Assembly: GCA_963843375.1 (NCBI GenBank)
Contig: CAWJKT010000006.1
Coordinates: 96,001-160,000 of the forward strand
Origin: an uncultured Pseudomonadota bacterium
GTDB taxonomy: Bacteria; Oederibacteriota; Muellerivitia; Muellerivitales; Muellerivitaceae
Direction of reading: 5' to 3'
Length of the DNA stretch: 64,000 bases
Below, in pieces: positions 53,191-64,000 of the stretch. Every line of letters starts with the position of its first letter. The first letter of the stretch is position 1. Position numbers and translations under genes: made by a program. The notes below the pieces were generated by a model. The model did no database searches and was not told the origin of the DNA. It was given only the letters and a program-made list of their open reading frames with translations.

Positions 53191-55402
53191 TTATTTCGGT
53201 TCGATTCGGCGGGCGCTGACCACACCCTTGACCCGCTGCAACTTTTTCAATACTTTTTCCAGCTGGTCGGCCTTGGAAATGGCGATTACGAAATAACCCT
53301 GAGCCCAACCGCTTTCCGCCGCCTTGGCGTTGGCCTCATTGATAATCACCCCTTCTTCGGAGATGGCCAAAAGCATGTCGGCCAAAAGCTTTTCCCGGTC
53401 TTTCGCCTTGACCTCAATGGCCACCTCATAAATCTGTCCCGCGTTCCCTTCCCAGGAAACGGGAATCATCCGACTCTCGCCTTCAGGCAATTGCAGGGTA
53501 TTGGGGCAATCGGTGCGATGAATGGAGACACCCCGGCCTCGGGTCACATAACCCATGATGGGATCGCCCGGAACAGGGGTACAGCATCGGGCAAAGCGAA
53601 TGAGGAAGTCTTTTTGTCCCCCGATGGAAATACCCCTGGCGGACCCAGATGTTGTCGAAGGTGGAGCGGGGGTCTTGGCTAATTTGGTCTCAGTCCCCTT
53701 TTCCTCGTGTTTTTCATTTTTTTCAACTTTCGGATGGTCCTCGAGTTGGGTCTTTAATACTAGTTTGTTCAAAATCTGCTTGGGTGAAATTTCGCCATGG
53801 CCCGTGTTCGCCAAAAGCTCCTGGAGGCTATGGCAGCCAAAGTATTCCAGAAGGCTTTCAAATGCTCCCGATTTAAGGGACGCGTTGAAATCCACACCCA
53901 TCCGGACCGCCTCTTTCTCGATCATGTGCTTGCCCTTATCAACTTCATCGGCGGAAAGATGGGTTCTGAACCAATGTCGTATTTTGTTCTTGGCCCGGCT
54001 CGTGACGACGATTTTGAGCCAATCCCGGCTGGGAGTGCGGGAAGACTGGGTCAAAACCTCAACGATGTCGCTGTTTTTCAGCGTGTAACGCAGGGGAACC
54101 ATATGGCCGTTCACCTTGACCCCCATGCAATGCGTGCCCACGTCCGTGTGGACGGCGTAAGCAAAATCCAAGGCCGTCGCTCCGCGGGGCAATTCCTTTA
54201 CTTCGCCCTTGGGTGTAAAAACAAAAACCTCGTCATCAAAAAGATCAACCTTCATGGCCTCGGCAAATTCGGTCGTGTCCTTGATATCCTGTTGAAGGTC
54301 CAATAACTGGCGCATCCAGGCGAACTTCTGGTCTTCCTTCTCGGCCCCCCGCCCTTCCTTATAAATCCAGTGGGCGGCGATTCCCTCCTCGGCTGTCCGG
54401 TGCATCTCATAGGTGCGGATCTGGATTTCCACCGGCTGGCCCTCAGGCCCCATGACGGTGGTATGAAGACTTTGATACATGTTGTTTTTCGGCATGGCCA
54501 CGTAATCCTTGAACCGCCCCGGAAGAGGCTTCCAAATGGTATGGACCATACCCAAAACCTCATAGCATTCCTTCACCGTATTAGTTAATACTCGGATGGC
54601 CATCAGGTCGAAAATCTCATCGAAACCCTTTTGCTGCTGGTTCATCTTGTGGTAAATGCTGGTGAAATGCTTGGATCGTCCCTGGACCTGCGCGGTGATG
54701 CCCGATTCCTTTAATTTGTCCTCAATGATTTGAAGGACGCTGGCCAGGACCTTTTCCCGTTCGGCCTTCTTCATCGCGACTTTCTTGACCAAATCGTAAT
54801 AGACTTCCGGCTCAAGGTACCGCAAGCAAAGGTCTTCCAATTCGCTCTTGATTTTGGCGATCCCCAACCGGTGGGCCAGGGGGGCGTAAATATCCAGGGT
54901 CTCGCCGGGCCATCTTTTGCCGGCGATCCGGGGGGAGGAAATCAAGGGTGCGCATATTGTGAGTGCGATCGGCCAATTTGATCAGGATGACCCGAACGTC
55001 CTTGGCCATGGCCACCAGCATTTTGCGGGTGCTTTCCGCGTGAACGATGGCCGTGTCCTGGAACTGGCGGGTGGATATCTTGGTGACGCCTTCTACCAAG
55101 TTGGCGATTTCTTCGCCGAATTCCTTCTTGAGTTCCTCATAGGTAACTTTGGTATCTTCCAGAATGTCATGCAAGAGACCCGCCGCGATCGTCACTGAAT
55201 CCATGTTTAATTCCGCAAGGATGTCGGCCACCCCCACCAAATGGGTCAGGTAGTCATCCCCCGAAAGGCGCTGTTGACCTTCATGGGCTTTTTTGGCGAA
55301 CTCATAGGCTTTTTGAATAAGGGGCCGGTCAAGGGAACTTTCGGACGCGAGCACACCTGAGGAAGTGGAAGTCGATTTTTCCAGAAGAGCTTGAATACCC
55401 AT
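53191..55402 (-). CDS. relA: Bifunctional (p)ppGpp synthetase/hydrolase Rel (indel near 54925)
   Basis: HD domain (LLHDILEDT, IKLADRTHNMRT), synthetase (FKDY..PK.N.YQSLHT, EIQIRT), TGS, zinc finger (CCTP..HRTDC) and ACT. Confidence 0.93.
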
Positions 55403-55544
55403 AGAAGATTGACCTAATAGCATTCCCCGGCCAAAGCCAAGGAACACCCTTTCATCTCATTAATTTAACACCGCCATGGGGCGGATGACAACTTTTCAGG
55501 AAAGAGGGCTAATTTGTCTGGTTTCCCGTCGATTGTTTCTATAT

Positions 55545-57440
55545 TCACTTACTCGGATTAACGCCCAAGGATTTCAAGTAAAAAATCACCTGAGGGTCGT
55601 TTGGATTCAAGGTATAGGCTTTTTTCCAGACGGCTAGAGCATCCCCTTTTCGCTTGAGCTGCATATAACAAACTCCCAGGTTTAAAAAGGTTTGGAAATC
55701 ATTTGGAGCATAGGTTAGATACTCCTCAAAACCTTTCGCGGATTCGTCATAGCGTTTCAGTTGGAATAGACAGACCGACATGGGCCATAGGAGCGCGGAG
55801 TAATTCGGGGTTGTTATTTCAGCTTTTTGAAAGAGTGCCAAAGCCTCTTCAGGCCGCCCTTGGTTTTCCCGGATCTGACCCATCGAAAGCAAATTTTCCA
55901 CAAAATTGGAATTGAGATTTAATGACTTTTCATAAGCTTGATAGGCTGCCTCGTTTTGACCCGCCACTTCCAACGCCTTTCCATAGGCGTTCCAGGCTTT
56001 TGGATTGACCGAAGAAAGCGAAACTAACCGGCCCCCATAATAAGCCGCCAGTTTTCCATGGCCCAATGAGGATTCACCCACCGTATCCCGAAAAGCGATG
56101 GATGCCGCCAGGGCCTTTAATCCGAAAACGGCGGGTATCAAAAGAGCTAGTGCTAAGAAAAATTTTTGAGTCGCCGAAATCGGCCCCGCGAAACGAGGGG
56201 CAGAGACCGTACGAAGCCCCAAAGGCGCCGCAAGAAAGAATCCAAATAAAACGGCGGTCGGCGCCACTTGGAGCGGAAAATTACTGAGGGATTGGACCAA
56301 CAAGGCGATTATTCCCCCGACGATTCCAATTAAAAATTCCTTTTCGTCATCTTTTGAGGAGGGATTCTTCAAGAAACCGCGGACCGATACCGCGTAAGCT
56401 ACAAGTAACGCGAGGAAAAGAAATAAGCCCGGCACTCCCCCCTCGGCCAAAAACTGCAGAAATTCGTTGTGGGCATGTTCCGAAAAAGTATAAGGGTGCT
56501 GGGGATAATCGGCCGGGGGCCAGGGTTTGGCCTGGTAAGCCGGAAATTGGATCCCCAATTGGCCTAATCCAATGCCCAACCAGGGATGGTCCTTTATGAT
56601 TTCCCAAACCACTTTGTAGAGGTCCACCCGTTGCTCAAAAGTGATTTGCTTAGCGCTGAATGCGGCCAGACCGCCGTGGCGGACCACATAGGCGCCCCCC
56701 GCGACGATTAAGATCGCGAAAGACACCAAAACAAATCGGACATTGCGTCGGAACAAGCCCTTTCCCCATGAAGATAAAAAAACGGCCAATAAGAAGATGG
56801 CGGCTACCCCCAATGCCAGAAAAGCCCCGCGGACACGCGTCATCCATAATCCCATCAGCAGAAAAAGGGTAACGGCCCGAAACCATAACCAAGATTCCTG
56901 ATGGCTGGAACGGATGGTTAAAATGAAAGCCAATGGAATTAACCCGGCTAAATACCCTCCTAAATAATCCGGATTTCCCAAAGTGGAAAAAGCTCGACTT
57001 TCAAAATGACTCGTCCAATCCACTTTTTCAGCACCGAAACTTTGGAATAAGCCGTGAATTGCCATCAGAGTAGCGGCGAGCAAAGCCAAATGGGCCAGCT
57101 TCTGGTAGGAAACTCCCTGGGAACAAGCGAAAACCACGGCAAGGAGGGTCCCGAAAATTAAAACAAGATGAATTGAGCCTTTCAAGACTTCCATCTTTAA
57201 TAGTCCAACGCCCAATGAATCCAAAACCATCCACGCGGTGAATAGAAAGGCGACTTGGATTAAAGGCTGGCGAAGAAGCCCCCGTCCCTCAAAAGCGACT
57301 TGAACCCCGAAATAGGCGACCACGAGCAGGCCGACCAATTCCTTGGAAAGGGTGAACCCGTCCGCCGCCCGGATGAAAAAGGCGAGGGGTACCCATGTCA
57401 GAAGAACAGAAACCATGATTTGCTGGAAGCGAAACATCAT
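55545..57440 (-). CDS. O-antigen ligase/Wzy_C-family membrane protein with C-terminal TPRs
   Basis: STLGNPDYLGGYL, TRVRGA, HPWLGIGLG and HAHNEFLQ, then TPRs. Confidence 0.87.
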   Translation of the reverse strand: MMFRFQQIMVSVLLTWVPLAFFIRAADGFTLSKELVGLLVVAYFGVQVAFEGRGLLRQPLIQVAFLFTAWMVLDSLGVGLLKMEVLKGSIHLVLIFGTLLAVVFACSQGVSYQKLAHLALLAATLMAIHGLFQSFGAEKVDWTSHFESRAFSTLGNPDYLGGYLAGLIPLAFILTIRSSHQESWLWFRAVTLFLLMGLWMTRVRGAFLALGVAAIFLLAVFLSSWGKGLFRRNVRFVLVSFAILIVAGGAYVVRHGGLAAFSAKQITFEQRVDLYKVVWEIIKDHPWLGIGLGQLGIQFPAYQAKPWPPADYPQHPYTFSEHAHNEFLQFLAEGGVPGLFLFLALLVAYAVSVRGFLKNPSSKDDEKEFLIGIVGGIIALLVQSLSNFPLQVAPTAVLFGFFLAAPLGLRTVSAPRFAGPISATQKFFLALALLIPAVFGLKALAASIAFRDTVGESSLGHGKLAAYYGGRLVSLSSVNPKAWNAYGKALEVAGQNEAAYQAYEKSLNLNSNFVENLLSMGQIRENQGRPEEALALFQKAEITTPNYSALLWPMSVCLFQLKRYDESAKGFEEYLTYAPNDFQTFLNLGVCYMQLKRKGDALAVWKKAYTLNPNDPQVIFYLKSLGVNPSK

Positions 57441-57504
57441 TCAATTTTCCTCAAGGGTCGTAAATTACGGCCAAAACATTTTCGATAATACCACACCAAC
57501 ATTT

Positions 57505-59770
57505 TCATCCATGCTGAATGTCTGATATTGCCTTATCGAACTGGACCTTTTGCGCCTTCCAAAACTCTGAAAAAGGGTAAAGCTTCAGGACTTCATTTAA
57601 GCTCTCCCCGGCTTGTTCCCATTGGCGGCCCTGGGTGTCCTTAATGAATTCGGAAGCGGGTTGCGAAAAAAACAATACCAAATCGAATATCTCCGAGGAA
57701 TTCCTTGCCCGAGATTCCGAAAGGATGTGATAAACGACCTGGTAATTCTGCTGATAAATTATTTCCGTGTTCCCTTGGATAAATTCATCCAATCTTTTCC
57801 ATTCTTCAGGGGTTAAATCATAATGGTGGTAATTTGAAGATACCCTAATCCCTTCGGGGCCGTTGACCACCAGGTAATCTATGCCCATTTCCTTTAGGCA
57901 GCGGCCTATTCCTTGGGCGTCTTTCGCTTTCCGGGCCAAGACCGCCAATTCCTGTTCGTCAAATACGCTGTTGGTCAGGAATGGCCGGTCATAATAAAGG
58001 CCCCGTGCATCTCCCACCATCAGAAGTCCCGCATCTTGTGGAGTATTATTCGATAACCAGCGCGCCATGCTGAAATAGGGCGTGATTTTGCCTCGGCTCA
58101 GCATGTAATCGTCCCGAGTTTGGCGTCCCGACCAAACTCCGGCGCAACCCGAATAGTGGGCGCTAATGGCCGATAAATAACCAAAAGAAAGGATGGCCGA
58201 AACAGCCCCCGTCAGCGCAAGAATTTTTCCCCATTGGGGCTTGTTCCCTCCTCCCAGCGCTCCACCCAGCAAGACATAAATAAGGACAAAACCAGTCCCG
58301 AGAAGCCGCAGAACATGGGTCACACAAAAACCGAACGTAAAAAAACACAAGGTAATTATGGATAAAAACCTCAAAGCCGGATGCCGCAGCTTAAACAGGA
58401 AAAGGAATGGAATAAAAGCCAATGCCAGCGGCCCTGAAAAATCATATCCGTCCGGATTCGCCATAACCGCCTTCCAAGGAAGGTACAATAATTGCCATCC
58501 CTGGGCAATTCGACCTTGCTGTTCGGTCAAAAGCGCCTGATAAGACGCCGGTGTTAAATGGCGTCCGTCAAAAATGGAAACCAAGTACGGGAAAAAAGGG
58601 TTGCCGGTGAAAAAGAGATTTTTCAGGATCCAAGGGCCCGCTAAAAGGACGGCTCCAAGGGCGAGGGCCATCCCATGGCGAAAACGAAACGAGTTAAGCG
58701 ATCGCGGCTTAATAAGGATCGCCGCCAAAAAGGCGCATGCGATCATTAGCGCGGCGGTATATTTAATGGAAAAAGCCAGAGCCATAAAAAGCCCGGCCAC
58801 CGTCACCGAAGCTGGAGAAGGTTTAATACTCTTGAGGTTATCCTGCATAAAATAAAGGAAAACAACCAGAACAAATGCCAGTAACCCATCCACTTCAGTG
58901 CTCCAAGTGTTGAGGGCATAAACCGGCAAGGTTAGGACCAATCCCAGGGTGAGCCAACCCGCTTTCTCCCCCCCTATTTCCTTAGCCCATCCCCCCGCAA
59001 AAAGGGCGCAGAAACCAAAGGCCACCGCATGAAGCATCTTGGCCGATTCCGTTCCTTGAAAAACGAAACCGTTTAAATAAAAGAGCTTCCCCGCCAAAAG
59101 GAAAATTGGAAAAAAAATTAGTTGGAAAATCACAAATACCGTGGTGCAACAACCAGTATTGGGGAACCGCTAAGTGGTAAACCATGGAGTCGTAAAATGT
59201 TTCCGGAACAAGTCCATGGGCGATAGAAAAAAATAAATAAACCGCCCCCATCAGGAACAGGAATAAGTAACTGGGGTCCCTGGGAAAAGTTTTCGGAAGG
59301 TAACGGGCCGCCCCTATAACCAGCTGAATCATGTCGAGTAAAACTATCGCGCTCAAAAGAATAGCCACGGCAATAAAAAAAGGCTTAAACCAAATTCGGG
59401 CTAATCCCGAACCCAGCCATAGGAGTTCCCAAAATAAAATACCTAATCCGAATTCCGTTCCCCATTGGAGCCAGGCATTGGGAGGCTCAATGGGGAAAAA
59501 AAGACGAAGCCGCCGCCCCCAAGAAATGGTTGCCAACAAAATAAAAACCATCGCCAGCAAGATAAGAAACGATTCCCTAAAAACCAAAAACATTTTGGAC
59601 CCATCGGATGAATCGAAAGCGCCAAAATTAAAAGCCGCGGGTATCAAATCAAGCGCCGGACCAATAGACCAGAAGTAATAGCCCAATACGAATGCCGCCC
59701 AAAACCAAAAGGCCAGCAGAACCGGCCCTTTAGCCGGCAGTCGGCCGCCACAGGAGAATTGCGAGTGAAT
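57505..59770 (-). CDS. Polytopic GT-C-like membrane protein (indel near 59085; start approximate)
   Basis: PETFYDSMVYHLAVP, K.TA, PW..KN...GNPFFPY and GDARG.Y...NSVFDE; paralogue of the upstream gene. Confidence 0.75.
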
Positions 59771-59790
59771 TCCAAGAATGATCCGCCCTT

Positions 59791-62028
59791 TTATTTGTTT
59801 TTTACCAAGAAATCCATTTTTTCAACCCAATAATCCTCGCCCGGAAAAAGAGTTAGTTCTTCGCTCAAAGCCCTCTTGGCTTCAGAAAACCGTCCATTTT
59901 TAAAACTTTCAATAAACTCGTGGGCCGGTTGGGAAAAAAACGAAAAAGGATTCACGATATTGTTCGACTCGGAACCCAAAGCGTCTTTTACTTTATAAAC
60001 GGCCAGATAATCCTTCCAATAAAGGGGTTCCAGGCCCATGCGGACAAAATCATTCAGCCTTTTCCACTCCATCGGGTTTAAATCATAATGATGATACTCG
60101 TTGGAAACCCTTTCGCCCTCGGATATGTTAAAGACGACATGGGTAATACCCAATTGGTGAAGACGTTTCCATATCCCGTATGCGTCCGTTTCTCCCCTTG
60201 CCGCAGCCGCGAAAAAAGGCTCGTCAAAAACGGAATTGGCATAAAAAGCCCTTCGATAATAAACTCCTCTCGCGTCCCCGACGATCAATAGCCTGGCGTC
60301 AGGCGGAAGGTTTTGGTCGGTCCAAACCACCAAGGGTTCATAAGGATTCAGCACCCGGCGGCCGAGATAATCTTCTTTTGTTTCCCTTCCAGTCCAAATT
60401 CCCATTCCGTTAAAAAAGCGCTCGCTCAGTCCAAGATAATAAACAAAAAACAATAAGGTTGAGAGAACCAACACCCCTCCCCACAAAAATTTCAGCCAAT
60501 TATTTTGCGGGGTTACCAAGGCCAGGGTTAATACCACAAAAGCCAATATGAATGCCGGCATGGAAAAACGAAGCATGTGTGAAAGGGTTAGCCCAAAAAC
60601 CATAGACAAAAACATCGTTTTGGTTAGAAACCCGATTGATTTGTTTTCAGTCCGGATAAAAAACAAAACCGGTAAAAAGGCCAGGAACAACGGACCGATC
60701 AATTGGCCGTCCCCCGACTGCGGCATGGTTAAACGCCAAGGCAAGTCAATAAAAGACCATATCCCTTGATCCATCGGCAGAAACTGTTGGTTTTCATGTA
60801 ATAGCCTCTGGTAACTCCAAGCGGGAAATTGTCGCCCACCCATCCATGATATTGCATAAGGGAAAAAAGGATTCCCCGCAAAACAAGCGTTTTTGACTAA
60901 CCACGGACCGACTTCCATGGCGGGAAGAGCGAAAAGCAAAAACCATATTTTTTTTATTCTGATGATCGGCGGGAATCCATATTGCCAAAGATAGGAAAAA
61001 AAGGACGCCCCTATTCCGACCACCGCTGTTGGTTTGATCGACAGGGCCAATCCCGCGAAGATGGCGGTTTTAGCTAACCAGGCTTCTTTTGGGGGATTAT
61101 CTTGGCAGGCTTTATCAAAGCAGTAGAAATAAAGGAAAAGCGAAAAACATAAAAGGCCGTCCACCCGGACAGCCAAGGAATTCAAAAAAAGCAGCGGGAA
61201 AGTGAATACGGCCGTTGTGGCAAAAACCCCGGCCAACAATCCCCCTATTTCCTTTACCCAACCAAAGACGCCTAACCCAATGAAAAATAAAACGGCGACG
61301 TTCAGCACTTTTGCGCCTTCAGTCCCCCCTAAAATAAAGCCATTCAGGAAAAAAAGGGATCCGCCATGAAAATAGCCCGAAAGCAGATGGGTCGGATAAT
61401 CCGAAATACCGTGTTGGAAAAGCCAGAAATTCGGAATCCCAAGGAAATAATTGAGGGAATCATAAAAAGTTTCCGGAAGTAAACTATGTAAAAGGAGAAA
61501 GACGAAATAACCGATCCATAAAACTAAGAAAAACCACGGAAATTCCATCCGCATAGGGAAAACGGGGAACCGAAAGGCCAAAACATCTTTAATTAAAAAG
61601 AGAGCTAAAAACACGATTCCAACCAACCACAAAGGCTCTATCCACAACCGGACAAGCCCCAAACCCATCCAAAGGGTATTGAAAGCAAATATTCCCAACC
61701 CAAAATCCAGACAAAAATTCATGGAATTTTTTGAATCCACACGCACAAGCCAATGCCGCAACTTATTCCCGGAGTTCCATATAAGTCCCACTACGATAAT
61801 GCCGGAAGCAATGTTTAAGAACGAGCCCCACCAATTCTTGATTCTTTCAGGAAAATCGCTGTTTGGGAGTCCGGTGGTATCTAAAAAGCCAATTAATGAA
61901 TGCAATGGGATTGGGAAATGATAAAAAAAGACCAGGTTAACTGCGAGGATCCAAAGGGTGAGAATGATAACAAATAACAAGTTTGAACTAAATTTCAAAG
62001 AAATCGGGGGGGGGAAGGGCACCAGCAC
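59791..62028 (-). CDS. Polytopic GT-C-like membrane protein
   Basis: PETFYDSLNYFLGIP, IKPTA, PWLVKN..AGNPFFPY and GDARGVYY..NSVFDE. Confidence 0.78.
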   Translation of the reverse strand: MLVPFPPPISLKFSSNLLFVIILTLWILAVNLVFFYHFPIPLHSLIGFLDTTGLPNSDFPERIKNWWGSFLNIASGIIVVGLIWNSGNKLRHWLVRVDSKNSMNFCLDFGLGIFAFNTLWMGLGLVRLWIEPLWLVGIVFLALFLIKDVLAFRFPVFPMRMEFPWFFLVLWIGYFVFLLLHSLLPETFYDSLNYFLGIPNFWLFQHGISDYPTHLLSGYFHGGSLFFLNGFILGGTEGAKVLNVAVLFFIGLGVFGWVKEIGGLLAGVFATTAVFTFPLLFLNSLAVRVDGLLCFSLFLYFYCFDKACQDNPPKEAWLAKTAIFAGLALSIKPTAVVGIGASFFSYLWQYGFPPIIRIKKIWFLLFALPAMEVGPWLVKNACFAGNPFFPYAISWMGGRQFPAWSYQRLLHENQQFLPMDQGIWSFIDLPWRLTMPQSGDGQLIGPLFLAFLPVLFFIRTENKSIGFLTKTMFLSMVFGLTLSHMLRFSMPAFILAFVVLTLALVTPQNNWLKFLWGGVLVLSTLLFFVYYLGLSERFFNGMGIWTGRETKEDYLGRRVLNPYEPLVVWTDQNLPPDARLLIVGDARGVYYRRAFYANSVFDEPFFAAAARGETDAYGIWKRLHQLGITHVVFNISEGERVSNEYHHYDLNPMEWKRLNDFVRMGLEPLYWKDYLAVYKVKDALGSESNNIVNPFSFFSQPAHEFIESFKNGRFSEAKRALSEELTLFPGEDYWVEKMDFLVKNK

Positions 62029-62070
62029 TCCTAAAGACGGACAGTCATTGCTTGGATTTTACCCCAAAAT

Positions 62071-62105
62071 AAAAAAGCACCTTGTTTAAAACAAAGTGCT
62101 TTTTT
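62071..62105 (-). terminator. Intrinsic terminator after the HU gene (bidirectional)
   Basis: A6-GCAC-cTTGTT..AACAAa-GTGC-T6. Confidence 0.85.
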
Positions 62106-62127
62106 AATTATCTAGGCAAAACAGCTA

Positions 62128-62403
62128 TTAAGACAAAACCGCTTCTTTCAGATCCTTCAAAACTCGGAACTTTACGACTTTTTTAGCCGGTACATTAACC
62201 ATTTCACCTGTCCGGGGATTCCGGGCTAATCGGGCTTTCCGGTCTTTTAACTGGAATACTCCCAAGCCATCGAGCTTGATTTTGTATTCTTTCTTCAAGG
62301 TTTTATAGATCGTACTCCTTAAAGCCTGAAGAACATTGTCCACGTCCTTTTTTTTCAACCCTGTTTGCTCAGCTAACGTCCCCAGCAGTTCACTCTTGGT
62401 CAA
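62128..62403 (-). CDS. hup: DNA-binding protein HU
   Basis: MTKSEL..GLGVF..RKARLARNPRTGE..PAKKVVKF; TTG start after a strong AGGAGGT RBS. Confidence 0.95.
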   Translation of the reverse strand: MTKSELLGTLAEQTGLKKKDVDNVLQALRSTIYKTLKKEYKIKLDGLGVFQLKDRKARLARNPRTGEMVNVPAKKVVKFRVLKDLKEAVLS

Positions 62404-62576
62404 CGTCCACCTCCTGGATTTTGGAATCCGGCCTATTTATACAAGAGTAAAAGAGACTTGGCAAGGATTTTCTGCCTTTTTTAAGGGTTTTTGCCCCTTT
62501 TGCCTTCCCTATACCCCCACAAAATCGGCTAATTGCTGGATGACAAAAGATAAAAACATTAGGGATTTATAAAGTT

Positions 62577-63161
62577 TTAAGCGGATAAATGTCGATGTAA
62601 AGTTCGCGGACTGACGCTCATAAGGTTTGCCAGCTGGGTTCGCTTGATTTTTTGCTGACTCAGTATTTGTTGAAGAAACGTCTTTGAAAACTCCCGCCGG
62701 GCTTGAAAAAAAGAGGTTTTTTGAACCAAAGCTTTCTCGGCAAAGGTTTCAGCTAAGTGAGAGACAAACGAATGGGAATAATTGTCATCTGAAGTTTGAG
62801 ATAGACAATCCAGGATTTTTTCCTTCAGAACTCTTTTGTCCTGTGTTGACCACAAAATATCGCAATTCCCCGCTTTTATGGCCGAAATGACATTTGCTAG
62901 ATCCGGAAGGCTAAATAAGGCGATTTTTTTAGCACCCACTTGAAAATTCTCGATATGAGAAAAAAGTGGAGAAAGGCGAGCTTGGTGGAGGGGCCAGTCC
63001 AATAAGAGAAGTTGAAAGGATTGTTTCTCCAGCAAGTTGAGGGCTGATTCGATGTCACCCACAGCAAAAACCAACCCTAAGGGTTCACAAATATCCTTAA
63101 GAATAGTCCGAAAATAGGTGTCATCTTCAAGTATTAGAATTTTTCCACTGTTTTTTGCCAT
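62577..63161 (-). CDS. Response regulator (receiver plus Fis-type HTH, no AAA+ domain)
   Basis: ILILEDD, LLLLDW and C-terminal RTQLANLMSVSPRTLHRHL. Confidence 0.8.
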   Translation of the reverse strand: MAKNSGKILILEDDTYFRTILKDICEPLGLVFAVGDIESALNLLEKQSFQLLLLDWPLHQARLSPLFSHIENFQVGAKKIALFSLPDLANVISAIKAGNCDILWSTQDKRVLKEKILDCLSQTSDDNYSHSFVSHLAETFAEKALVQKTSFFQARREFSKTFLQQILSQQKIKRTQLANLMSVSPRTLHRHLSA

Positions 63162-63207
63162 AAGAACCCGCTTCCTTCTATCCGTAATAATTTAGCAAAA
63201 AAACCAG

Positions 63208-64000
63208 TTAATTGGGGAGAATTTTGATTTTCTTGGGTATAGGAAATGAGGGAAAAAAGATGGAAAAAGTGGAGCCTTTCCCAAGTTGACTTTTTACCGT
63301 CAAGTAACCTTTATGGTTTTCAACGACTTTTTGGCAAATAGCCAATCCTAATCCGCTTCCCAAACGCCCCTCTGAAAAGAAAGGTTTGAAAATCTTGCCC
63401 ATGTTTTCCGGGGAAATACCCTTGCCATTATCTTTAACCCGGATTTCGACCCAATTTGACCCATAAGCCGACTTGGCCAAAAACCGGGTTGATATTTCCA
63501 GGACACCTTTGGATCCAATCGCTTTTAAACCATTTTGCAGCAAATTGATGATTAAGCTTTTGAGTAGGCTTTCATCCCCTTTTAAAAACGCGCCTTTGGA
63601 CGCTTTAACCCTCAATTGAATTTTTTTGGAATAAAAAAGCGGACCCATCAATTGAGCCACTTGTTGAATAACTTCATTCAAATCGACCGTTTCCATTTTT
63701 TCATTACCAGTAGCCGAAAAATCCAATAAATCATTTGTTAAGCTGGAAAGTCGGCCTATTTCCCGATTCATTAATTTTTGAAATGAATCCATAAAAAGGG
63801 GATCCTCGCGTTTTTGCGGGAGTAATTGGATGAGCGTATCTAAGGCCGTAAGGGGATTTCTTATTTCATGAACCATGGCGGCGGACATCCAACCCAAATT
63901 ATCCTGGCGATTCAAAACCTGAAGATTTTCCCAAAGATGTTTTTGACTCAGATAATCGGAAACCCGATTCGCCGACATTTCCATCAAAATTTTATTCTCG
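63208..64000 (-). CDS. Sensor histidine kinase (3' part; the frame is open to the window end)
   Basis: H-box HEIRNPL, NLLQNG, DNGKGI, F.PFF and GSGLGL. Confidence 0.92.
   Translation of the reverse strand, partial: ENKILMEMSANRVSDYLSQKHLWENLQVLNRQDNLGWMSAAMVHEIRNPLTALDTLIQLLPQKREDPLFMDSFQKLMNREIGRLSSLTNDLLDFSATGNEKMETVDLNEVIQQVAQLMGPLFYSKKIQLRVKASKGAFLKGDESLLKSLIINLLQNGLKAIGSKGVLEISTRFLAKSAYGSNWVEIRVKDNGKGISPENMGKIFKPFFSEGRLGSGLGLAICQKVVENHKGYLTVKSQLGKGSTFSIFFPSFPIPKKIKILPN

Overview
Bacterial chromosomal window (about 50% GC) with no rRNA, tRNA, CRISPR array or transposase that I could detect. It begins inside a PQQ operon: pqqC (partial), pqqB and a 30-aa pqqA that the ORF track missed. 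Directly upstream, on the same strand, is a large secreted PQQ-type beta-propeller protein with a long Thr/Ser/Pro linker and a T9SS-like C-terminal sorting domain. A second T9SS-like cargo, an S53 protease, is followed immediately by a PorV/PorQ-like barrel fused to an FN3 domain. The rest is housekeeping and signalling (hrpB, uup, rpoD, clpB, def, sixA, orn, speE plus a decarboxylase, dnaE, guaA, guaB, ridA, rel, HU, a two-component pair, an adenylate cyclase and a diguanylate cyclase), five polytopic GT-C/O-antigen-ligase-like genes, an AbrB-Doc toxin-antitoxin pair, and an unknown 738-aa protein with an internal duplication at an exact 135-aa period. The most notable non-coding element is a promoter, structured leader of about 150 nt and intrinsic terminator in front of the polyamine operon, a candidate riboswitch or attenuator. 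Many genes, including normally essential ones, carry single-base indels that are most likely long-read assembly errors rather than pseudogenes. All family assignments come from recognising motifs by eye; no searches were run. The lineage is uncertain, but the TP-linker, CTD and PorV style suggests a poorly studied non-Bacteroidota diderm such as FCPU426 or a relative.
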